From assembly GCA_020536535.1 (NCBI GenBank), contig JAHLWZ010000290.1, positions 3,171 to 56,899 on the forward strand: 53,729 nt of DNA, given 5' to 3'. Below are positions 22,340 through 34,288 of the stretch, one piece after another (within the stretch, counting starts at the first letter, position 1; each line of letters opens with the position of its first letter). The translations under genes and the position numbers were made by a program. The stretch comes from Pelomyxa schiedti. Lineage: Eukaryota > Protista > Evosea. The notes beneath the pieces were generated by a model. The model was given only the letters and a program-made list of their open reading frames with translations, did not search any database and was not told the DNA's origin.

Positions 22340-23077
22340 AAAAGGAATCCAAAAGATAGGTTGCTTTTTTGTTTCCCCTTGCCCTGCAAATAAGTTGGGT
22401 CTATGAGAAAAAGTTGGGTTGTTCTCTGTTGTTTCGAGAAGATCTGGTCAACAATTAAAAAAAATGTTGAATAGTGCAGAAACTACGACACACAGAGCGG
22501 CAGTGGTCAACAGCTATCTACGAGTGATTTACAGTTCGCCAAAGCCCTTTGGTGACCCACAATTTACTGTTGTCCAAGCTGGATTGCGTCACATTCACCG
22601 CCGTAATGCACGTGCATTGCTTTTTGAGGTTTTTCTCTCCGGGTTCTGTGGAATTTCTCAGTCACACCCCTTTTTTCCCTCTTCCGTTTAGAATCCCGTG
22701 CTGAGAGAGAGGTTTGGAGGTGTGGTGTTGGAATGTGGGAAGATAAGTCACGAACCTCTTTTACCTACCGAAAAATTCCGGGATGATGTCACGAAGGACC
22801 ATCCTGTAGGTGGTCTCAAGTTTTGAAATTGAAATGTTAAACCCAAAATATGCAGGTAGTGAAGCTTGCTTTACATTCTGACAAAGAATGTATACATCCC
22901 CTTCTCTTTGTCTTTCTATCTTCCCATTAAACAGACTGGTGGTTATTGTGCACCATTGATGGCTGTTGCCCAATTCATTCTGTTCAACAACTTCCATTTT
23001 GGCACGTGACTACTTTTGGCCAACCTCCTCATAAAAAAAAGAAAACCAGAATGCACAGGGTGGTCAAACAGACTCTT

Positions 23078-25560
23078 ATGGGAAATAATCAGTCTCTGAA
23101 ATTGATGTTTCTCACCAAACCATATCTTGAAAAAGGGAGTGTTCTTGCCCCTCAACTTCTGGAAAGCAATGTCCAGATGAAGCAAACTATTTTCACACTA
23201 CGGCCTAGAACAGATGATGTTGATATGGTAACTGCACGACGTAGTAAGATATTGACACCTAGATTTCAATCTTATCCATTTATTTTTGGTCTGCATCACC
23301 TATGTAAATTACCAGCCCACACATTATATCTAGGAAAAGTACTACATGTTGTGGGCCATGTTGAATGTGGGTGCGCGGAAGGTACTGATCCTCGATTTAA
23401 GGAACCTTACCAACTCTGTCCTGACACCCATGGCACATTATACTTTTCGGACTACTCTAACAAACGACTTTGTGTGCTGTTCCCAGACAGTATTTTTTTG
23501 GCAACCCTGATGCTGCCTAACAGCAATTAGGAAATTTAAACATAATAAAAACAAATCTTGGACGTATATATGGCATGGCCCTTTCGAAAAATGCTTTAGC
23601 ATATAGTGAGCGTCATCAAATAAAAATCCTGGAGCTAGGTTGTAGACCAGAAATTGTAGCTCATTAACTTGCCTTAGATAAACCTGATCTGGACCCACTT
23701 ACCATAGGTGATAAAATAGGGTCCACAGATGGGCCTTTGATTGATGCACTGTTCACACGGCCCTCTGCATTAACATTCGACTACAACGGGAATTTATGGG
23801 TTGCTCAAAGTCACACAAAGTCTGTGCGAGTTATTGTGTTTTCAGCAGGTATGCATGTCCCAGTAAACATTGCGTCACTACAGCAATTACCCAGAGAGTG
23901 TTTTTACTGTTCTCGTTTTTTCTGAGCCACCTACTGCTCTATGCTGTGACAAACACAATAACCTGTACATTGCAGTTGGAAATCGGATTTTGAAAGCCCC
24001 TCTCAATTCTGAGCACACTACATGTTTCATCCTCTAAAATAACATTGCCTCTTCTAAATCAACAAAAGCACCTCCACTTCTGCTGTGTGTTCTTCCACCA
24101 CCTATCAGTTACATATATTCAATGGCCGTTACCGATGAAGATAGGCTTCTTTTTACATGGGGTGACAATATTCTCATGCTTCCTACACTTGGCGGACAGT
24201 GCGGGTCTGAAGGACAAACAGCCCATACAGAGAGTTCAAGAAGAGCCAGTTACTGTGACGTTGTTGATGGCATTTCTACAGATGATATTTGCTCACCTGT
24301 AATTGTTGTTGGTGGAGGAGCCGATTTTCAGGGTGACCCCTATGGTGCACACCCCCTTAATATCAAGCTTCGACGGCCTCGTGGTGTTGCAGTTGGATGC
24401 AGCAGTGGTGAGATATATATTTCTGACAACCACAGGATAATGTGCTTAGTGGAGATGAAGGTATCAGGCTGTTTGTATCTGGTCACCTTCTGAGAGTTCC
24501 TCAGGTATCTGCAAAATCAAAACATTCAGACCTACCTGACGTAATGATCTCCCCTCACTGTGTGTACTCTCATATGTTGAATTTAATAACAAAATGGCTA
24601 GTGAGAAAAGCATTTGAGCAATTGCCTCTGGTGAGGTTGTTTGGCATTACGTCTCCGTGTCGGTTTGCTGAACACATGATGGGCATTCTCGGTTCCTGTG
24701 TTTTCAAGGAGGTGGAAAACTTGTATTTCTTTTGCCAATGCGTGAGAGAGCCACCATTGGATGCACTTGCATTGGTCTTGCAACGATTCATTTTTGACAT
24801 TTTCCCCTGGTTGTTCAAGGTATATCCAAATACTACGTATCCCAGAGATACACTCGTCACCAAGGCGCGCGACTGTTCCAACGATTCACATCGACTCATC
24901 GTACAAGTTTGCCACAACATAATAAGCCAGACAAAATCCGCAACAGATCCGCCGGCCTCGTCAGTGGCAATAGCACACCTTGTTTATGGTTTCATACATC
25001 AAGAAGGACTTGGTGCACAACAAGACTACACCACAGCAGCAAGACACTTCTTGATTTCTGCACAGTTGGGAAATAGCCTGGGTAATTATTATATTGCCAC
25101 ATGCTATTTTCATGGACATGGTGTGTCACAACAGCTAAGGGAGGGAGTGCGGTACCTACAGCTTGCTGTTCAACAAAATAACCCCATTGCTCAAAGTGAC
25201 CTAGCATATTGTTACCGCACAGGATATGCTGGTGTTGAGCTGAATCTATGTGAAGCTGTGAGATTGTGGACCATATCTGCCGGCCAAAGCTGCCCCATTG
25301 CCCAAAACCAACTTGCATTGTGTTATGAGGAAGGCAAGGGTGTTGATAAGAACATAATGCAAGCAATTACCCTCTATGAAGAGGCAGCTTATTCGTTTCA
25401 ACTCCCCGATGCACAGTTCAACCTCGCTGATTGCTTTCTCAAAGGAGAAAAGCTAGGGATACTTCAGGACATGCCCAGGGCAGTGGCATTGCTTGAACAG
25501 GCCAGAGCACAAGGGCACAAGAAGGCCACAATAAAGCTGAAGAGGCTTGGAGTTGGATGA
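23078..25560 (+). CDS. NHL-repeat plus Sel1-like-repeat protein with an N-terminal MGNNQS (myristoylation consensus); multi-exon.
   Basis: Starts MGNNQSLKLMFLTKPYLEK.... NHL-like units are present (..GTLYFSDYSNKRLCVLFPDS; FDYNGNLWVAQSHTKSVRVIVFSAG; PRGVAVGCSSGEIYISDNHRIMCL). The 3' exon 24442..25560 carries at least 5 Sel1-like repeats (GNSLGNYYIATCYFHGHGVSQQLREGVRYLQLAVQQNNPIAQSDLAYCYRTGYAGVELNLCEAVRLWTISAGQSCPIAQNQLALCYEEGKGVDKNIMQAITLYEEAA...). Confidence 0.6.
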
Positions 25561-25814
25561 CTACCAAAAAAAAACAGAAAATTTATCAGTGCCATGTATA
25601 TTTTTGCCTCCTTTTTTGGCAGTTGATTCCTGGGAAGAACTTTCACCACAAAATAAATGAACACTTTGTTTCCTCTTTATCTCGCTACGAAGCAGCATGT
25701 GGCAATGTCGTTCGTCTTGGAATCACTCGTATCGTTGACCTGAGTTGTTTGATGACGTTAAGGAGTTTTTCACCCTGGGTGGTGATAGAATACCCACCTC
25801 TTCAAAGGGAGCGA

Positions 25815-27918
25815 TCAAGAATATTTCACCCGTAGGATGCACATAGGCCTTTCCTCACGAGGGACCAACATCCAAGCCCTGTCATAAGCCTTGTAGTACT
25901 TGTCTAGGACTGAGTGCTCAATGGCGGGAGTGTGTTTGACAAGCGGGCGATTTAATGTGCATTTTGTTCCGTCACAGCACCTGTAAACATTGCCACACAC
26001 AGTGCAAAAGTTACGTGACATCCAAACAAAAGATACATGTTTCCACTTTTATGTATAAACAAGGTAAAGGCAAGAAAAAAGGATCATAAGGAAGGTACCT
26101 TGGTTTGGTCACAATCTCCTCCAATCTCATTCAAAAAGTGGCTCAAAACTGATCTTGCATTCTTAGACCACGTTACACTGCTGTTCAACAATGCTTGCTA
26201 GTTTTGTGACTCAGTGGGTCGGTGGAACAGATGAGAAAAGCGCACCTTCCAACAGGAACTGGAACGCCCTGCATGGTACCTTTTTTTCGAAAAAGAAGGT
26301 TATTCACCCGATATTGTGGGTGATATGATGGCAAACCAAAATCGGGAAGTCCGTTGAATCCTCCCAAGGGCTTGCACATCAAGAAGCGCCAGCACTCCGG
26401 CAGTTTCGGCTTGATACAGTGCTGCCATTGCTGTGATGGAATCATCGATCCTGATGATCTCGTTACAAAATTGTTCTGAAAATACGGAGTTTTACTCAAT
26501 AGATGCAGAAACCATCTGTCGTGTATCTATGGCCCCACTTGGAGGCACCTTCTCGAATTCCATGACAGGCATGGATGCACGTAGCGCGTCCGTTGAGCCG
26601 ATAATTTCTGAATATTTTGACACTGAGATGGACCCCACAGCTTGATTTGGGAACAACTTCCAGTATCCTGACGTGGTGTGTTAAAAAAGAAAAAAAAACA
26701 AAAATGCAAGAAATTGCAGATACCGTGGATGTGATCGTACTCTGAACTCTGATAGTGCTTCCAGAGGTCACACTCTTTGTTTGGCAGAACTCCACCCAGT
26801 CTCACCATTTCAGCCACCAACTCACTTTGGTCCAAAATAACAGCAAGAATCATTGGAGTGAAAATTCCTTCATAACTACGAAGCTGGAAGCTGCAAGAAG
26901 CATTGGGATTCGCCCCGAGGGTTAAAAACTTCATTGCCAGCTCTCGCTGGTTTCTCAATATTGCCATGAAAAGTGGTGTTTTTTCATTTGCCGTCTCCGA
27001 ATTGAGGAATGCAGAGAAATTTGGATGATTGACGAGAATATCAAGAAGCTCCTTGTTTGTTGCACTCCAGCGCGGGTACTGTGTTGCGTTCACAAAAGCA
27101 CGGCCAAGGCCCTTGTGGAACACCTGACAGAGATACTGCAAAACATCTGGACGAGCTTCCTCACAACCACAGTACACTGCAATTGGCAGTTTGGCGTCAA
27201 GAGCCTCGATGAATTTATTCCCGCCCCACTTTTCATTCACCAGCAGTTGTATGACTTCCAAATTGTTGTTGTGCATGACCATTTCCAGGGGAGAGTCGGG
27301 CTGAGGGGGCGTTTTATTGAATAGCAAGGTAGCCTTAGTTGGAACATCAAAACGAGAAAGTATCATTCCAATGACATCCGGCTGTAGCTTACCAATACAC
27401 AAGTGCATAGCCGTGACCTTTCTGCCATCCACCGAGCACCACAACCCCGGATTTGCACCGAAGGGTTCCAGCAAGAATCTGGCCACTTCCACATGCCCCT
27501 CATACACAGCACAAGCAAATGCAGTCCCTTCATCCCACTGGTTCCAAGTGCACATGGAATCCGCCATCCGGGAGAAAAAATCTCGCCGGCAAGGCCTTTC
27601 GTGCCACGCATCGTGCACTATCTTCAGCTCCTCGAGGTGCCCGAGAACCGCGCATACGAACATGACATTGATTCGCACCAATTTTTTCGCGCCGTGGCCT
27701 GTTGACGTGTCTGGGACTTTGGTCTTGCACTCGAATGCCCCTGGTTCGTGGCCCACGGGTGTCCGAGCAGCCAACTTGGCCAATTTCCCAGGCCGCGCCT
27801 TGGCCGCGGCTGTGAGGAGCTTGTTGCCCTTCACAACCGAAATGAGGCTGGCTCGTTTGGCGGCATAATTTGCAGAGTGTTGTTGATTGTGGGTGTCGGT
27901 TCCCACTGTCTGTCCCAT
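25815..27918 (-). CDS. Ankyrin-repeat protein with an N-terminal MGQTVGT (Gly2 myristoylation consensus) and a C-terminal Cys-rich module; paralog 1 of a tandem pair. Six exons: join(27918..26724,26667..26496,26450..26337,26279..26246,26197..26099,26045..25815), 614 aa.
   Basis: Exon 1 is track ORF 26527..27918 (ANK repeats, for example TPLFMAILRNQRELAMKFLTLGANPNA). The other exons are ...DHIHG|(G)YWKLFPNQAVGSISVSKYSEIIGSTDALRASMPVMEFEKVPPSGAIDTRQMVSASI|(E)IDDSITAMAALYQAETAGVLALLDVQALGRIQRTSRF(W)|YHAGRSSSCWK|QALLNSSVTWSKNARSVLSHFLNEIGGDCDQTK|WKHVSFVWMSRNFCTVCGNVYRCCDGTKCTLNRPLVKHTPAIEHSV...KYS stop. All junctions are GT..AG and all phases close, and paralog 2 has the same exon pattern. Confidence 0.75.
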
Positions 27919-27998
27919 GTTTCTTTTAAAAAAAAAAACGGTCGATCAAACCCGGTGGTTTTCCGAACGGAATACTTTTTTTTTTGGCTATTTTATGC

Positions 27999-30169
27999 TC
28001 ATGACTGATCAGACATAGCATATCTGTCAAAAAACCCAGAAGGTGTCTCAACAACGCCTCCAAACAGTGAAAGAAACTCGGAGATCACTGCGGTCTTTTT
28101 TTCCTGAGGAACTACCAAACTCCAAGCCAGGTCATATGTCTGGTAGTATGTGTGAAGGGCTGGGTACTCAATGGCGGGAGTGTGACTGACACGCGGGCGA
28201 TTTACTGCGCATTTTGTTCCATCACAGCACCGGTAAGCATAGCCACACCCCGTGCAATAGTTCCGCGCCATCCAAACAAAAGATACATGCTTCCACTTGG
28301 GTGTTTTTCGAATGTTAAACACCAGGGAACAGTACTAGAAGGTACCTTGATTTGGTCACAATCTTCAATCTCATTCAAAAAGTGGCTGAAAATAATCCTT
28401 GCATTCTGAGACCACGTCGCACTGCTGTTCAACAATGCTTTCTAAGGTTTTTTTTTTTTGTTTTTGGTTTTTTTTGTGCTTCGCCAAACCGTTGGAAAAC
28501 ATACCTTCCAACATGAATTGGAACGCCCCACATGGTACCTTTTTGAAAAATGATTATGTTTTTGATGTTACAATGAAGGAGCATAAACCAAAATCGGGAA
28601 GTCTGTTGAATCCTCCCAAGGGATTGAACATCAAGAAGCGCAAGTACTCCGGCAATTTCAGCTTGATACAGTGCCGCCATTGCTGTGATGGAATCATCGA
28701 TCCTGGCAGAACAGTTATTAGTGGTTCTCAAAATCTCGGAGTTTTACCCAACAGATGCAGAAACCATCTCTCGTGTGTGTGAAGGCAGTTTCTCGAATTC
28801 CATGACAGGCATGGATGCACGGAGCGCGTCTGTCGAGCCGATAATTTCTGAATATTTTGACACTGAGATGGACCCCACAGCTTGATGTGGGAGCAACTTC
28901 AAGTATTCTGATGGGTTTGTTAAAAAAACATAAAAACGAAAGGAAATTACAGACACCGTGGATGTGATCGTACTCTGAACTCTGATAGTGCCGCCAGAGG
29001 TCAGAATTTTTACTTGGCAGAACTCCACCCAGTCTCGCCATTTCAGCCACCAACTCACTTTGGTCCAAAATAACAGCAAGAATCATTGGAGTGAAAATTC
29101 CCTCATAACTACGAAGCTGGAAGCTGCACGGAGCATTGGGATTTGCCCCGAGGGTTAAAAACTTCATTGCCAGCTCTCGGTGGTTTCTCAATATTGCCAT
29201 GAAAAGCGGGGTTCTTCTGTTTTCAGTCTCCGAATTGAGGGACTCGGTGAAATTTGGGTGATTGACGAGGATATCGAGAAGCTCCTTGTTTGTTGCACTC
29301 CAGCGCGGGTACTGTGTTGCGTTCACAAAAGCGCGGCCAAGGCCCTTGTGGAACACCTGACAGAGATACTGCAAAACGTCTGGACGAGCTTCCTCACAAC
29401 CACAGTACACTGCAATTGGCAGTTTGGCGTCAAGAGCCTCGATGAATTTATTCCCGCCCCACTTTTCATTCACCAGCAGTTGTATGACTTCCAAATTGTT
29501 GATGCACATGGCCATTTTCAGGGGAGAGTTAGCCCCAGCGGACGTTTCACATAGCAATTTAACTCTGGCTGGAATATCGCAAGCAGATAGAATCATGTCA
29601 ATGACATCCGGTTGCAGCCTCCTAATACAGAAATGCAGAGCCGTTAATTTGTTACCTAGCTTGTCACCGAGCACATCGCACTCCAACCGCGGATTTGCGC
29701 GGCACTTTTCCAGCAAGAATCTCGCCACTTCCGCATGCCCCTCATTCACAGCACAAGCAAATGCGGTCCCTTCATACCACTGTCTCCAAGTGCACATGGA
29801 ATCCACCAACAACACAGAAAAAGTAGTTTTGTCCTCCCAACAGACCCTTTCGTGCCAGGCATTGTGCACTATTTTTAGCTCCTCGAGGTGTCCCAGAGCA
29901 GCGCAAACAAACATAAGATTGAGTCGCACCAATTTTTTCGCGCCGTTGCCTTTCGACGTGTCCGGGATATTGTTCTCGATCCGACATGCCTCTATTTCAT
30001 GGCCCACGGGTGTCCGAGCAGCCAACTTGGCCAATTTCTCAGGTTGCGCCTTGGCCGCGGCTGTGAGGAGCTTGTTGCCCTTCACAGCCGAAATGAGGCT
30101 GGCTCGTTTGGCGGCATAATTTGCAGAGTGTTGTTGATTGTGGGTGTCGGTTCCCACTGTCTGTCCCAT
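27999..30169 (-). CDS. Paralog 2 of the N-myristoylation-motif ankyrin / Cys-rich family, a tandem duplicate of 25815-27918; multi-exon. Exon 1 is 30169..28957; the terminal exon ends at 27999.
   Basis: Track ORF 28718..30169 (MGQTVGTDTHNQQHSANYAAKRASLISAVKGNKLLTAAAKAQPEKL...). It is about 85-90% nucleotide identity to paralog 1 across exons, with divergent introns. The terminal exon reads ...WKHVSFVWMARNYCTGCGYAYRCCDGTKCAVNRPRVSHTPAIEYP.... Confidence 0.7.
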
Positions 30170-30337
30170 GTTTCAACTTGTTGGTAACGACCCTTCAGCA
30201 ACCACCGCAGTTTTCTCTTTGCCCTTCTTTCCAAGAAATGGATCAAGATCTGGCAGAATGGAGGTGATGAGAGTTTACTGTTTTTCTACAAATTCCACAA
30301 TTACTTTCTTTTTGGGGTCTGCCTGCCGCGCCCTTTG

Positions 30338-31134
30338 TTAGGTGACTTTGAGAAGTTCCCACAGCTTGAGCAACTTGTGGTGCCCAAGAACATCCTCCAG
30401 CCTTATACCGCCCTCAGGCGTTTTCGCCAGCTCATCCACAATCTCGCCAAGGAGCAAATCAATGGCCTGCTTGGCCCTGTCGTCCTCCACAGTTGATGCA
30501 CCACTGGGACCACTGGGCCCGCCTCCGCCACCAGAGTCCAATTGTCTGTGTGCGCGGTAGGAATCATACATTACATCGCTGAACGTGTGGAGTTCGTCTG
30601 GTTCCAATACACCATCGGAGTTAATATCAAACAATCTTGGAGTAGTAGTAAGAGTCACGTGAAGGATGATTAGAGAGGCAAGGGGAAGAACCTGCAATAA
30701 AAATACAACTTTTCCTCGTTTGTTCCCTTCTTCAAAATTGACAGAGTTTGTACACAGGCACAACATGCTTTAAGTTGCCTGTCTTTGTCTGCATCACTAC
30801 TCTCTGTTGGAACAGCTGCAGCCACTTCAGTGGCATAGCCCAGGGAGTCGATGATCAAGTCAATTAGTTTGGAACCTATGCCCTGTTGGGCAAAGAACAT
30901 CCGCATGTGTTTCTCAGAAAAAGGTTCATCTGATACAATGTCTGAGGTTTGTGCGGTGAGATAACTTCACATAGAAGAAATATAGAGACCGGAGAATTCC
31001 TGGAATAGCTGATCAACTTCATACATTGAGTAGTGAGTCTAAATAGTAAAGTGGTTATGTTTAATTTTGTTGTTGGGAAAAGAGCGAACCTGGAATGAAA
31101 GTTTTTTATACATGGCACTATTTTTTGTACCCAT
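30338..31134 (-). CDS. EF-hand calcium-binding protein; at least 3 exons. The 5' exon MGTKNSAMYKKLSFQ (31134..31090) has an N-myristoylation consensus, but its join to the next exon is unresolved.
   Basis: Exon at 30941-30775 reads ..IVSDEPFSEKHMRMFFAQQGIGSKLIDLIIDSLGYATEVAAAVPTESSDADKDRQLKACCAC with a GTACAA donor. The last exon VLPLASLIILHVTLTTTPRLFDINSDGVLEPDELHTFSDVMYDSY...LLKLWELLKVT stop contains a canonical DxNxDGxLxxxEL loop. The CAG|GTTCGC donor of the first exon is phase 0, whereas the next acceptor needs phase 1. Confidence 0.5.
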
Positions 31135-32106
31135 TCGAGAGCGAAAGGTTTTAGAGCCAGAAGCACCTGAACTTTGGGGTGCCTCAGTAGATCTTCTACG
31201 AGGTTGCGGAGCCTTTGCAGCAGTTATGGAGCGGAGTGCTTGCATTACTTCGAACGAAAAATTTTCATCTTGTGGTGACCACACATTAGGCCCAAAGTGC
31301 ATTAAGAAAGGGCATATCAATACCCGTTATAGTTACAAGTGTTTGTGCAAAGAGCATTGCCTCTCTATCCCGTAGAGCCTATTACTGATCAGCGTTCAAA
31401 GCAACTTTTCCACAAGGGAAAAAAATATCAAACTGAGCAACGCTGAAAAAGCGTAACACAACACAGCGAAACAAAGACCAACATCAGTTAGATCTCTATG
31501 CTCCAGTCCTCGCAGTGGCTTTTGAGCCACCATCGCCTGGCCTGTCGTTACTCGCCCTTGCGGCGACGCGGATAGATTACACCCCATCTGGCACCAACAG
31601 AGTAGTAACAATAAATTACTCGTTGTGTGGTTTTTTTTCTTTTTCGGCCGAACTTACGGTAATTTTTACAGCATTGCCCTGCGTGGCCACCAAAGAAAAA
31701 AAAATCACACAAAACAGATCTCAAAAAAAAACAGGGCGATCGACATTGCCTGTGCTTCGTTAAGTACATACAACCAACTGGCTGTGATCAGGGTGGGCGG
31801 CTGAGTGTGCTTGTTGCTTGTGTGATACAGTCCTTGTTCACTGCATCTCCCAATAGAAGGTGTATGGGTGACTTTTCTGTGTGGAGTATGGCCAGGTGAC
31901 CGGTGGACCAACTGCGTTGCATCGTTACGGCACTGATGTAATGCGTGCCCACTTGCTCCAGGAAAGAAAGGTACGAATCCATTTCTTTTTTGGGTGAGTT
32001 GTGAACTTGTTTAGTATTTGATAAATACCTTGTTTAGTAGCGCAGCTTTTTGGAAGGTCAACGGAGAGTGCGGAAAGTAAAGGAGAGGATGCAGGATTCC
32101 GCTGCT

Positions 32107-33767
32107 TTACAGTGTAGTATCCCTAATACCGTCACTGACAAAGAATTTTCCGTCAGAACCTACCTCTCGGCTTTGCTGAAGGGAAATCCTTTGGTTCTCC
32201 TCTGAGGAGACCCGGAACGGATAGTACAGAGTGAATCCCAGAGAATTGTTATCCACAGGATCAGTGGGAGCAGGAGACAGGGAAGTTTTGTATTGCATTG
32301 CCCGATACGGCGTATTTGTGGATGTTATCCATTGCGACACAATGAAATGCAAGTCACTCAACGTGGATAATGAGTGAAGGAAACCGCCATAAAGCTGCGG
32401 GACTTCAGTTCCCGTGAGCATCACTTTCTCGGCGCTCCAAATGCCATCTATTTGAGAAGCTGTTCTCATGACAATTGCATAGCGCGATGGCGAAAAGTAT
32501 GACAACACCCAAGTCTTGTTGAAGAGTCGGAGAGAAAGTTCACCAAGTGGTCCTGTGAAGATTATTAAAAACCTCCAAAACGCATTTCAGTTTCTACCTG
32601 GAAGAATGGGAGTTGCAGGTTGTCCCCATTGCCATCCATTTTCCTCAGTCCAACCCCATGGTATATATGCCGATTGTACGAGAAGTTGCTTTTCTGGCAC
32701 TTTCTGGAGTATCATTCCTTCAGTCCGCACTCGGCCAAACGCACATGATATGATGTAGATATAGCCATCATTTCCATTACACATTGTCCACATTTGATGC
32801 ATGTCACCATTCCCATCATTCCACCACACTGGCGATTGCACTGTCCAGTCCTCCCCGTAGTTGGTACTTGTAGCAAGCCCTGCATAGTTCGTTGCCCAGT
32901 TTGGGTCGGACCAGGAGTGCACACTCATAAATGACAGATAGTTTACATCAGAAACTGTGATTCCATCCCCAGGGATTACAGTAACTTCGTATTGCCCATA
33001 CTTATTGTAGCCATTTTGAGCATTGGGAAGTATTTGCTTTGCCCTACCACTGGATTCTGATCCCGTACCAGCACAATTATCCCAAGTTATGCCCCCATCA
33101 AGTGGATATGTATGCGACCTGCACATCACAGGCGACCTCCACCCTGTACCTCCTGCCTGGTACTCGTCAAATGTATCGCCAAAGAAAAAACCTACCAATA
33201 AAAACATGTAAAGTAAGGCTCAAAAAAATCGCCTCCTACTTACCGAAAGCCCCATTCTGGAACATAAACGGCTCTCCCAGGTCAGTGCCTTCAAATTCGA
33301 ACTGAGTTGTGACTCCTGGGCCAGTGATATCTTTAACCTTAAGGTAGACGTCACCAAATATTGGAAGGGTATTACCGGCAACCTACTGTAAACCTACCTT
33401 CAAAGTTAATTGAGGAGCCACAGGGTCATATTGTAGTTGAGTCTCCAAACTCGCGGTAGGTGTACCAACTGATATCTCATCCGCAACAAGATAAGCCGCG
33501 CTAGCAGGGAAGTGTGGGTGATACCAAGTCCTATTCTATACAGCCATCAAAAAGGGTAACCAGGCACCCTTACTATCCATTATACTTATTGGAGGCAGGG
33601 CGCCTTACGCTGTTGTAATTCAAGCGGACCACTGCCCCACGTCGCACCGGCTCGCCTCGCACGTTCGTCGTAGTGAACAAAAGTTCCGCCCCAGGTACGC
33701 GGGCCAGCTCCGCGTGCGACAACCACGCCACACTGAGGCAGCACACAACCGCCACCAAGCTTCTCAT
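32107..33767 (-). CDS. Secreted protein (signal peptide MRSLVAVVCCLSVAWLSHAE) with a large Trp/Gly/Asn-rich, probably beta-propeller-like domain; at least 5 exons. Weak resemblance to the DUF4185 / glycosyl-hydrolase-like fold; this is my guess.
   Basis: Exons read ...RLNYNS|NRTWYHPHFPASAAYLVADEISVGTPTASLETQLQYDPVAPQLTLK|VAGNTLPIFGDVYLKVKDITGPGVTTQFEFEGTDLGEPFMFQNGAFG|...GDTFDEYQAGGTGWRSPVMCRSHTYPLDGGITWDNCAGTGS...WTMCNGNDGYIYIISCAFGRVRTEGMILQKVPEKQLLVQSAYIPWGW...|GPLGELSLRLFNKTWVLSYFSPSRYAIVMRTASQIDGIWSAEKVMLTGTEVPQLYGGFLHSLS.... Donors GTAAGG, GTAGGT and GTAAGT. The first exon is GC-rich. Confidence 0.5.
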
Positions 33768-34288
33768 TGGAATTTTGAATTTTTCTCAAACGCAAACCCC
33801 AAAACGGGTCGAGTTGAAGAGCGATCCATCTTTTCTTGATGCAACCCTCGCCTCACACCTCCAAATGGAAGAGGGTGGTTGTTTTTCTGCTTCGTAAGAG
33901 GACGTTGCAGCACGGGATGTGAGAGCTTGAGCAAAGATGTCTCCTGATTGTTCAGTTGATTGTCGAAAGTGCTGGAAATTAAAAGTCCGAGATGCAGTGT
34001 AGCATGTGCCACGGCGTGATTGATGGGCGAGTGGTGGACGCAATTCAACAGAAATGGCACCCTCAAGTTGTAGAGTTGTAGTTGAGCCCGTTTGTTTTGT
34101 GGCTGTCACGTCACCTGGCCTCCCACTAACCTCCCATAAGTGCTTCATTTGTGATTTTTGTAGGGCGCCTATAGTCTCCCAGTACAGCACGAAGTACGGT
34201 GCGTTGTGCTCGTTTTCTACTCATCCTCTCCTTCCCTGCCTTGTCATTAAGTAACAGTTAGATTAATTAGACACGCGGGGGTTATTAA

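Noticed and set aside
26185-26499. Single continuous minus ORF (104 aa) spanning what I call exons 3-5 of ANK paralog 1.
   Set aside because: The two paralogs differ by a 7-nt length difference inside it, which is a frameshift. The conserved flanks and divergent middle fit exon-intron-exon better than one exon.
26433-26645. Plus ORF MMESSILMISLQNCSENTEFYSIDAETICRVSMAPLGG... and its twin at 28685..28885.
   Set aside because: They are conserved only because they are antisense to conserved minus-strand exons 2-3 of the duplicated ANK genes.
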